Of a DNA stretch of 42,838 nt, positions 36,236 through 42,838 are shown piece after piece. The notes beneath the pieces are model-generated. The model was not told the DNA's origin. It ran no database searches and saw nothing but the letters and a program-made list of their open reading frames with translations. Positions within the stretch are counted from its first letter, which is position 1. Every line of letters begins with the position of its first letter. Both the position numbers and the translations under genes were made by a program. The DNA is from Polyangiaceae bacterium. GTDB taxonomy: Bacteria > Myxococcota_A > Polyangia > Polyangiales > Polyangiaceae. The DNA is taken from the NCBI GenBank assembly GCA_050304295.1, contig JBNLDK010000070.1:1-42838 (forward strand), given 5' to 3'.

Positions 36236-36312
36236 ATGAGCGAGCGCGATCCTCGATCGCTTCGTGCCCACCCCCCAGCAGAGTGAGGGCTGGGCACTGC
36301 GCTGTGAGGGCT

Positions 36313-36351
36313 CGTCTGCCCGACACATTCCGGCTGGTTCTGAGGGGGCTT
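36313..36351. repeat. Copy B of the 39-nt direct repeat, lying in a 600-bp non-coding gap downstream of rpiA.
   Basis: 38/39 identity to 1..39. The similarity decays with indels over the next 10-15 nt on the right. Confidence 0.8.
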
Positions 36352-36837
36352 CGCCAACTGAGCATTCATCACATCTCTGTCTGAGTGCCCAGGAGTGGCC
36401 TGGAAGCGGGGCTCCAACCAGCTCGCGCCGCTTCCTGTTCGTGCCTTCGGCCGGTCGTTGGTTGGAGTTCCCCGGCGGGGCTGGCGCAGTCTGCCAAGCC
36501 CCCTCCCCAAAGTCCGATGAGCCCGCGCGACGGTCGAAGTGCTCGACAATCGCGCTCCCTCGTTCAGCCCCTGGCACCAACGGCCCACACGACCGCACTG
36601 TCCGCGATGTGCGCCTCCCGGGCGCTCCGCCGGACACCGCCGAGGGGCGGGCAGCCGCTGGCTGCCTCGTCACGGGTCCAGGCACTGAACGCACGGCACG
36701 CTCCGACCGTCCACTTTCGCCACCAGTTCTGGGTGTCCCGCGGGACGAAAGCCGCTGCGCTACCGTCGCTCGATGCGGCAAGGGTTTTGCATGAACTGCC
36801 CCCCGGCGCGCAAGGAGACCCAGCCGTGGAGGAACCG

Positions 36838-38046
36838 ATGTGGAGATTCGAACCCTCGCCTGTCGATAAGGATAATACGAGCTACACTGCGGGTGTGACT
36901 GCCCGGCGACTGATCTCGATGGCGGGTGTCGCGGCGCTGGCCTGGCTGGTAGCGCCCGCGAATGCCCTGGCCCAGAACCAGAACTCGCAAGACACGGCTC
37001 GCGCGGCCAGCCAAGCCGCACGGTCGGCAGCGGATGCCGCGGAGGAATACGCCGACGGGGACATCGAGGCCGATCAGGAGCTGAATCCCCTCGACAAGGC
37101 GCGGCAGGGCGTCGTCGTGCTCGAACAGCAGGGCAAGCCCATCGGAGTGGGCACCGTGCTACGCGGGGATGGCCGGATCCTGACCGCCTTGTCGCCGCTG
37201 GGTCACGGTAACAACCTGGACGCGCGGTTCGCCGACGGCAGTGTCTCGCAGGTGCGGGTCGGGCACAGCGATCGTGCCTGGGACCTCGCCCTGCTGATCC
37301 CCCAGAACGGTCGGTGGCAAGACGGGCTGCGGGCCTCCCGCCAGGCAGCGACTCGCGCCGGGTCGGATCTGCGTTCGTTCAGTCTCGTCGGCGGCAAGAA
37401 GCTGATGCTGACTCGCACGATCGTGAAGGGCGAACGCACCCTGGTCGGGGGTGACAGCGAGCTACTCCGGGATGCCCTGGAAATGGCCAGTCGCTTCAAG
37501 GCAACGGACATCGGCAGCCCGGTCGTCGACGGTGAAGGCAACGTGGTGGCGGTGATCGCGAAGGCCTGCGCACCAGGCCCCAATGGATCCTGCACCCGAG
37601 TGCCCTACGGCGTCCCCGTTTCTGCGGTGAAGGCCTTCCTGCGCACGGTTCCGGCCAACGCCGTGCCGCCAGCACCATGGCTCGGTATCCAGGGAGCCGG
37701 GGAGGACACCGGCGTGGTCCGAGGTGTGCGTGTGCTTTCGGTCCATGCCTCGAGCCCGGCGGCGGCGGCCGGCTTGCAGGGTGGCAATGACGAGTCCCGC
37801 TCTGACATCGTTGTCGCGGTAGACGGCCGTCCCATCACCACCCCCGAACAGCTGGCCACCGAGATCAACTCTCGCGCGGTGGGGGACAGTGTGCAGCTGC
37901 TGGTGTTCGGCACAGGAAAGTTCCGTCAAGTGAGCTTGACCTTGCGCCCCACACCGGGAAGCCAGCCGCAGGCCCAGAGCGCACCCACGAGCCGCGCCCA
38001 GGTCGTCAGAGCCGGCAGCCACGCTCCGGCCCGCCGCTCCAAGTAG
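36838..38046 (+). CDS. Periplasmic trypsin-like (S1C, HtrA/DegP-like) protease-domain protein with one PDZ domain and a possible Tat-type signal.
   Basis: GGAGG lies 5 nt before the ATG at 36838. Signal TARRLISMAGVAALAWLVAPANALA. Protease-fold landmarks DLALL (Asp) and TDIGSPVVDGEGNVVAVI (Ser). The His position is ambiguous (TALSPLGH). PDZ: GVRVLSVHASSPAAAAGLQGGN...IVVAVDGRPI. Confidence 0.6.
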   Translation: MWRFEPSPVDKDNTSYTAGVTARRLISMAGVAALAWLVAPANALAQNQNSQDTARAASQAARSAADAAEEYADGDIEADQELNPLDKARQGVVVLEQQGKPIGVGTVLRGDGRILTALSPLGHGNNLDARFADGSVSQVRVGHSDRAWDLALLIPQNGRWQDGLRASRQAATRAGSDLRSFSLVGGKKLMLTRTIVKGERTLVGGDSELLRDALEMASRFKATDIGSPVVDGEGNVVAVIAKACAPGPNGSCTRVPYGVPVSAVKAFLRTVPANAVPPAPWLGIQGAGEDTGVVRGVRVLSVHASSPAAAAGLQGGNDESRSDIVVAVDGRPITTPEQLATEINSRAVGDSVQLLVFGTGKFRQVSLTLRPTPGSQPQAQSAPTSRAQVVRAGSHAPARRSK

Positions 38047-38146
38047 CGGCCAGGAACCCGCAAGAGCAGCGCGGATCCGGTCGACCAGACCCAAGCGCCC
38101 CCTCGGCCGTTCGGCTTGCCGGGGGGTGGGGTGAGTGTGACGGCGA

Positions 38147-38175
38147 TTGACATGCGACCGACGCGAGGCGAGGAT
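38147..38175 (+). promoter_or_regulatory. Putative sigma-70-type promoter: a perfect TTGACA -35 box, a 17-nt spacer and a weak GAGGAT -10, about 40 nt upstream of the PP2C gene.
   Basis: Sequence inspection only. The -10 box matches TATAAT at only 3 of 6 positions. Confidence 0.2.
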
Positions 38176-38213
38176 GGGCGCGAATCTTCAGCGTATTTTG
38201 CGATGAGCCACCC

Positions 38214-38987
38214 GTGTCGAACCCTCTGCGAATAGAGGTCGCCGGCCAGACCGACGTCGGCCGCAAGCGGAACCACAACGAGGACAACTTCGCCATCCTG
38301 GCGGAGTTTGGCCTGTACGTCGTCGCGGACGGGATGGGCGGGCACGCCTCGGGCGAGGTCGCGTCGAAGATGGCGGTGGATACCCTCCAGGAGTTCTTCG
38401 CGGCCACCGCGGACGATCCGGAGCGGACCTGGCCATACAAGATGGACCGGAGCCGCGGCTATGAGGAGAACCGGCTGATCACCGGTATCAAGCTCTGCAA
38501 CCTGCGCATCTACGAGTCATCGCAGCGCAATGCCCGCCAGCGCGGCATGGGCACGACCCTCGTCGCCTTGTTCGCGGTGGAGGATGGCATCTACGTGGCC
38601 CACGTCGGGGACAGCCGCGTCTACCGAATCCGCGACAGCAAGCTCGAACAGCTCACCGAAGACCACTCGCTGCTGAACGACTACAAGAAGATGAAGCACC
38701 TCACCGAGGAGGAGATCGCGAACTTCCCGCACAAGAACGTGATCGTGCGCGCCCTCGGCATGAAGGACACGGTGAAGGTCGACACGCGCTTCGAGACTCC
38801 CCGCGCCGGCGACACCATGGTGCTGTGCACGGATGGGCTGTGCGGGCCGGTGACCGACGAGGACATTCTCCAGATCACGCTCGAATCGCCCGATCTGTCC
38901 ACGGCCGCCAGCCGCCTCATCGACGCCGCCAACGCCAGCGGCGGTCCCGACAACATCACTTGCATCCTGGCTCGCTGGATCGAGTAG
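38214..38987 (+). CDS. PP2C-family Ser/Thr protein phosphatase.
   Basis: GTG start at 38214. Motifs: GQTDVGRKRNHNEDNF, VADGMGGHASGEVAS, GMGTT and DGLCGPV...GGPDNITCIL. Confidence 0.85.
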   Translation: MSNPLRIEVAGQTDVGRKRNHNEDNFAILAEFGLYVVADGMGGHASGEVASKMAVDTLQEFFAATADDPERTWPYKMDRSRGYEENRLITGIKLCNLRIYESSQRNARQRGMGTTLVALFAVEDGIYVAHVGDSRVYRIRDSKLEQLTEDHSLLNDYKKMKHLTEEEIANFPHKNVIVRALGMKDTVKVDTRFETPRAGDTMVLCTDGLCGPVTDEDILQITLESPDLSTAASRLIDAANASGGPDNITCILARWIE

Positions 38988-39049
38988 CCGCGCGCCAGCC
39001 CCCAAGGACCGCGCCAGCCCGATGACCGCCCGCCCGACGGCGCGCGTCT

Positions 39050-39097
39050 TCACCGGACGGCGCTGGCGCTCACCGGACAGCGCTGGCGCTCACCGGC
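39050..39097. repeat. A 20-bp direct repeat, tcaccggacRgcgctggcgc, in two full copies plus a partial third, at the convergent PP2C/hemE junction.
   Basis: Units at 39050, 39070 and a partial one at 39090. The last unit overlaps the hemE stop codon. Confidence 0.6.
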
Positions 39098-40118
39098 TGC
39101 TGAGCTCATGAACGATGTCGGCTGTGTACTTCACGGCGTCTGGGTTCGTGTCGGGGAGGATGCCGTGACCGAGATTGAAGATGTGCGCCGGCGACGGTCC
39201 GGCGCGATCGAGCACATCCTGCACCCGCTCCCGGAGCAACTCGCGCGGCGCATTGAGCAAGAGTGGCTCGAGGTTGCCCTGCAGTGCCACCTTGGGTCCC
39301 AGACGAGCACGCGCCTGGTCGATGGGCGTTCGCCAGTCGACGCCGATCACGGTGCCGCCCGCCTGGTGCTGTAGCTCCAGCAGCATGGCGGTCCCAGTTC
39401 CGAAATGAATCACCGGGACGCGGTCAGAGGGCAGCGCGGAGAGGATGGACTTCACATGGGGCAGGATGTGGCGCTCGTAGTCTGCCGGGTAGAGCGCTCC
39501 CACCCAGGAGTCGAAGAGCTGCACCGCTTGGGCACCCGCCTCGATCTGGGCCAGGAGGTAGCGACGCACGACCTCGGCGAGCTTTCCGAGCAGCTTGGAG
39601 AACAGCTCCGGAGCGTCGTACATCATCCGCTTCGTGTGCACGTAGTTGGTGCTCTTGCCGCCCTCGATGAGGTAACTGGCGAGAGTGAAAGGCGCACCAG
39701 CGAAGCCAATGAGTGGCGTCTTCCCGTCCAGCTCGGCGCGGATCTGTCTGATCGCCGCAAGCACATGCGGAAGAGATTCCTCCGGATCGACGAGACGGAG
39801 CGCATCGACGTCAGCTGCCGTGCGGACCGCATGGTCGAAGACCGGTCCCTCGCCCTTGGCAAACTCGAAGGGCGCCCCCATCGGTTCCAGAGGAAGCAGG
39901 ATGTCGGCGAAGAGGATGGCCGCATCGACGTCGAACGCGCGCACCGGTTGCAGTGTGACCTCGGTGGCGAGGTCGGGCTGTCGACAAATCTCGAGCAGAG
40001 TATGCCGCTCGCGGAGGGCGCGGTACTCGGCCATGTAGCGACCCGCCTGGCGCATGAACCAGACCGGCGTTGCGTCTCGCGGCTCACCGCGGCAAGCGCG
40101 CAGAAAGCGATCCCACAC
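39090..40118 (-). CDS. hemE: Uroporphyrinogen decarboxylase.
   Basis: PVWFMRQAGRY signature and full-length homology. Start moved to the in-frame GTG at 40118, which has GGAGA 7 nt upstream. This gives an N-terminus MWDRFLRACRGEP like canonical HemE and removes the overlap with ccmE. Confidence 0.8.
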   Translation of the reverse strand: MWDRFLRACRGEPRDATPVWFMRQAGRYMAEYRALRERHTLLEICRQPDLATEVTLQPVRAFDVDAAILFADILLPLEPMGAPFEFAKGEGPVFDHAVRTAADVDALRLVDPEESLPHVLAAIRQIRAELDGKTPLIGFAGAPFTLASYLIEGGKSTNYVHTKRMMYDAPELFSKLLGKLAEVVRRYLLAQIEAGAQAVQLFDSWVGALYPADYERHILPHVKSILSALPSDRVPVIHFGTGTAMLLELQHQAGGTVIGVDWRTPIDQARARLGPKVALQGNLEPLLLNAPRELLRERVQDVLDRAGPSPAHIFNLGHGILPDTNPDAVKYTADIVHELSSR

Positions 40119-40146
40119 GAAGCAATCTCCTTTGATGTCGCGCCGC

Positions 40147-40710
40147 TCAGTTCGGCGCAGATTTGTCCGGCGACTCCCTGGACGGACCACCCATGGCCGA
40201 GTCGCCCCCTTCGTACTTCGACGGGCACTTCGCCATGATCTGCGTCGCTTCGAAGCTTCCGCTCTTGGCGAGGCGTCCTTCGGCGGTCACCACCACGTCG
40301 GTGTAGGGAACGTCGCGGAAGGTATCGGGAACGGAGCACTGCGGGTACTCGACGGGGATCTGGGCACCGTTGCGCTCCAGCAGAAAGCGATACTCGCACG
40401 GATCATCACGCCGCTGCAGCGACCCCTTGACGAGGGTTCCCTCGACGCGAACGCTGCGGCCCGCGAGGCGATCGGCCTCCGCGAGCAGCTCGTCCACTCC
40501 CTTCGAGTAGACCACCGAGCTCTTGAAGCTGGTCAGCACCAGCACCAGCATGCCGCCACCGAGGATGAGCAGCATGACGACGAGCCCGAGACTGCGCTTG
40601 CCCGTCGCGGAGCGATCCCGATCGGCGTCCGCCTGCCGCGAAACGGGCGCGACCTCCGCGTGCTCCCCCTGGGCCACCGCCTCCGCTAGCTCTTGGTCGA
40701 GTTGACTCAC
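40147..40710 (-). CDS. ccmE: Cytochrome c maturation haem chaperone CcmE, the CxxxY variant.
   Basis: TM anchor, then an OB-fold region: VRVEGTLVKGSLQRRDDPCEYRFLL...VPDTFRDVPYTDVVVTAEGRL. The haem-binding motif is AKCPSKY where E. coli has AKHDENY. The 5' end is uncertain (GTG at 40710, while the track ORF runs to 40761). Confidence 0.65.
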   Translation of the reverse strand: MSQLDQELAEAVAQGEHAEVAPVSRQADADRDRSATGKRSLGLVVMLLILGGGMLVLVLTSFKSSVVYSKGVDELLAEADRLAGRSVRVEGTLVKGSLQRRDDPCEYRFLLERNGAQIPVEYPQCSVPDTFRDVPYTDVVVTAEGRLAKSGSFEATQIMAKCPSKYEGGDSAMGGPSRESPDKSAPN

Positions 40711-40720
40711 GCCGGGAAGC

Positions 40721-41215
40721 CTAGTCCCTGGCCTGGGTCGGGTCCACCCGGTCCGGACCACGCCCAGCCCAGCGGCGCCCCAGACTGCCGCCCAGCGCCC
40801 CGCCCAGGGCCCCCGTCATGCCCAGAACGAGAACACTGACCCCCGCGACAGTCCACGACTGGAGCGCTCCCGCTACCCCGGCGACCCCGCAGCCAACGAG
40901 CCCGGCAAGGGTTCCCCCAGCCACCGCGTCACGCGACGAGGCCCCAGCTGCCCCCCGGGTGATCGCCGCGGCGAAGACGACCGCTACCAGGAACGCGCCC
41001 AGCGAGATGCCTAGCGCGGCAAGACCCGCGGCCGGAAGAGCACCGGCTGCTTCGCCGGGCGGCAGCCATGCCTGGATCAACCACGCCGCCGCCAGGGAGA
41101 GCGGCAGCCAAGCGGTGAAAGCGACGACGCCAGTCACGATCGCCCAGTAGCCCGGGAACGGCGGAGCGAGATCGGACGTCGGACCCACGACAGGCAGCCG
41201 CCGCTTCTTCGACAT
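40721..41215 (-). CDS. Small polytopic Gly/Ala-rich membrane protein of unknown function.
   Basis: Internal ATG beginning MSKKRRLPVV..., followed by 3-4 hydrophobic helices. The upstream 240 codons of the track ORF look like a GC-frame artefact. Confidence 0.4.
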   Translation of the reverse strand: MSKKRRLPVVGPTSDLAPPFPGYWAIVTGVVAFTAWLPLSLAAAWLIQAWLPPGEAAGALPAAGLAALGISLGAFLVAVVFAAAITRGAAGASSRDAVAGGTLAGLVGCGVAGVAGALQSWTVAGVSVLVLGMTGALGGALGGSLGRRWAGRGPDRVDPTQARD

Positions 41216-41245
41216 CGGATCCAGGTATAGGTCGGCCTCGGCACA

Positions 41246-42097
41246 ATGCACACAACTGGGCCGCGAGACGGGCCGAAGGAGAGAGTAGTGTCCCAGGCTG
41301 CTGTCACCCTCGCCGTGCTGGTCCTCGCCATTTCCCCAGGAAAGCTCGTTTCTTGGGGGAAACTCGGGGGCTGGTCGCCGAGTGCGCCAAGGGTTGCCCA
41401 CAGCGGTGCCTCGCCGCCGCCACCAAGTCTTCCCTATCGAGTCTGGCTCGGTGAGGCTCTGCCTTCTCCCGGGCCGCCGAGTCCCGAGGTGCGCCCTCCC
41501 GCCGTCGGGCGCGCACAGCACGCCCGACGGCCACTGGAAGTCGCGGGAGGGGTCGGCGCTTGCCTGCCCCTCGAGGCGAGCGAAACACCCCGAGAAGAGG
41601 CCGATACCACTCCCCTCCCCCTGGGGTCGCTGGCGGTCCTCTGGCGCGTCCATCCCCACTTCGCCTGGGGCCCGGTCCTCGACCGAGCCGAGCGCGAACC
41701 GCTCACGTTCCGCCGCCGCCGTGGCGAACCCACGGCTCGCAACCGTTTCGTCGGGGTGGGAGCGCGCGTCTACGCGCGAGACCAGGGCGTGTTCGACCCC
41801 TACCTTCAGCTCGACCTGGGCCACGAGACTTCCCGCCTGTCGCGCACGGTCAGCGCCGGAGGCCGGATCGTGAGAACCACGGCCGGGCCCGCCGTGCGGG
41901 TAGGGGCCGGGGTCGACTGGTGGCTCGCACCCCACTGGCGAGTCGGCTTCGCTGGCTTCCTGACTCAGGAGCGTGCAAAACGCCGATCCTGGTGCGCTGG
42001 GCCCTGCTCGGGCTTCGAGCTGAACGATCGGGATCGCACCGCAACGTCCGTCGCGTTCTCCGCACGGCAGACGATCATGCTAGGGAGTCCACACTGA
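41246..42097 (+). CDS. Hypothetical protein. The C-terminal half shows an alternating hydrophobic pattern, so it may be a small beta-barrel or OMP-like protein.
   Basis: ORF only, with GC-biased third positions. No recognisable motifs. Confidence 0.25.
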   Translation: MHTTGPRDGPKERVVSQAAVTLAVLVLAISPGKLVSWGKLGGWSPSAPRVAHSGASPPPPSLPYRVWLGEALPSPGPPSPEVRPPAVGRAQHARRPLEVAGGVGACLPLEASETPREEADTTPLPLGSLAVLWRVHPHFAWGPVLDRAEREPLTFRRRRGEPTARNRFVGVGARVYARDQGVFDPYLQLDLGHETSRLSRTVSAGGRIVRTTAGPAVRVGAGVDWWLAPHWRVGFAGFLTQERAKRRSWCAGPCSGFELNDRDRTATSVAFSARQTIMLGSPH

Positions 42098-42188
42098 ATT
42101 CGTGCCAAGACACCCTCACTCGAGTCCGGTGGGCCAACCCAGCGGACTCCGCGAAGGGGGTCACGGGCGTGCTCCGGGGTGAAGGACG

Positions 42189-42838
42189 ATGAGCGACTTG
42201 GACGTGTTGGCGCTGGACCGGGATCTACAGCGGACCGCAAACGTCTGGCGACGCTGGCAGCGCGCGCTCACCCGCGGCGAAGCACAGGACTGGGATCCGT
42301 TCGCCGGGCTACCCGATGTCGCCCGCCGCAGCGTGCTGCATGAGGTGACGGAACTGCCAGAAGCCGACCCCCTCCGGCACCCCTTGCGACGTTGGGTGTA
42401 TCGACTCGCGGAGCAACGAATCAACCGTCGCAGCCTCGCGTACCTGGCGGAGCTGCGTCATCACGTCCGCCACGCCGTGGCCCAACCCGAGGGGGGGCAG
42501 TTCACCATCGCCGAACTCACCACCCAGTTCCTCACGGAGGCCGCACGCCGGGGCGCCTGGCTCGACGCGCTGTCGTCGGTGAGCGACTCCCTGAGCCGTG
42601 CCGAAGCGCTGCTCTGGGAGCGGCGACACGAGATTGCCTGCGGAATGCCCGTGGATCACGCCGACACGATCGAGTGCCCAACGGGAGCGATCGAAGCCGC
42701 ACAACGGTGGCTGGATGTGTCGGACGAGTTGCTGAGCGACACCGGGGCCACCAGCTGGTCACGCTGGGTCGAGCTGGCGCTGGGCGAAGGGGCGCGCGAA
42801 GGCTGGCCCGCACGGCTGACCCCGCGAGCGCTCGCGGA
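42189..42838 (+). CDS. Hypothetical protein, 5' partial: it runs off the window end and is absent from the supplied ORF track.
   Basis: ATG at 42189 with AAGGA 3-4 nt upstream. The open frame continues for more than 216 codons to the window edge with strong GC3 bias (MSDLDVLALDRDLQRTANVWRRWQRALTRGEAQDWDPF...). Confidence 0.4.
   Translation, partial: MSDLDVLALDRDLQRTANVWRRWQRALTRGEAQDWDPFAGLPDVARRSVLHEVTELPEADPLRHPLRRWVYRLAEQRINRRSLAYLAELRHHVRHAVAQPEGGQFTIAELTTQFLTEAARRGAWLDALSSVSDSLSRAEALLWERRHEIACGMPVDHADTIECPTGAIEAAQRWLDVSDELLSDTGATSWSRWVELALGEGAREGWPARLTPRALA

Noticed and set aside
1-36351. The 36-kb interval bracketed by the 39-nt direct repeats, read as an integrated genomic island with att sites.
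   Set aside because: There is no integrase, recombinase or tRNA at either end. The interval contains core housekeeping genes (fpg, rpiA). The repeat is more plausibly a dispersed 3'-end element. It is kept as a finding so that genome-wide copy number can be checked.
36264-36794. A 176-aa plus-strand ORF in the rpiA/protease gap.
   Set aside because: It is Pro/Ser/Arg-rich and lacks hydrophobic-core periodicity. There is no RBS or domain, so the region is more likely non-coding RNA or leader.
36838-36865. A tRNA-like T-loop match (GGGTTCGAATC on the minus strand).
   Set aside because: I reverse-complemented the region and could not build a clover-leaf: the T-stem does not pair, there is no proper D or anticodon arm, and there is no acceptor stem. 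The match comes from the codons ttc-gaa-ccc (F-E-P) at the well-supported start of the protease CDS.
40721-41935. The full 404-aa minus-strand ORF.
   Set aside because: Its N-terminal 240 residues are low-complexity (GPGRGSHDPASGADRARQ...) and look like a GC-frame run-on. Only the C-terminal 164-aa polytopic membrane portion, starting at an internal ATG, was kept.

Overview
High-GC (by eye roughly 70%) bacterial chromosomal segment of 42.8 kb. The gene content suggests a myxobacterium-like deltaproteobacterium: an STPK-like pseudokinase with TPR repeats, a MopE-like Cys-rich motif protein, secreted lipoproteins with Gly/Thr-rich linkers, and a CxxxY-type CcmE. I support 26 coding regions (one runs off the window end) and several repeat or regulatory elements.

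The most interesting content is a minus-strand run of genes from about 11.5 to 25.7 kb:
- a tightly coupled module of an NfeD/YqiJ-like membrane protein, an SPFH/flotillin and a 1,770-aa AAA_5 ATPase; I cannot place the giant ATPase in a named family, and to my recollection this third component is not a described part of flotillin operons;
- upstream of it, a GT-C cluster: a PMT/GT39-type protein O-mannosyltransferase homologue, a small membrane protein and two further GT-C-like membrane proteins. Across a divergent promoter that carries a perfect 16-bp inverted repeat nested inside a 12-bp one, this cluster faces a plus-strand set: a membrane-embedded spermidine-synthase-like protein, an Omp85/BamA-family barrel and a phosphodiester glycosidase.

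The right-hand end is housekeeping (fpg, rpiA, an HtrA-like protease, a PP2C phosphatase, hemE, ccmE).

Other points worth a second look:
- a 39-nt near-identical direct repeat at the window start and again 36.3 kb downstream;
- a 1.1-kb non-coding tract with an AT-rich island, G-tract (G-quadruplex-prone) repeats and six 22-bp tandem repeats.

Many long ORFs in the six-frame track are antisense or GC-frame artefacts and were rejected.
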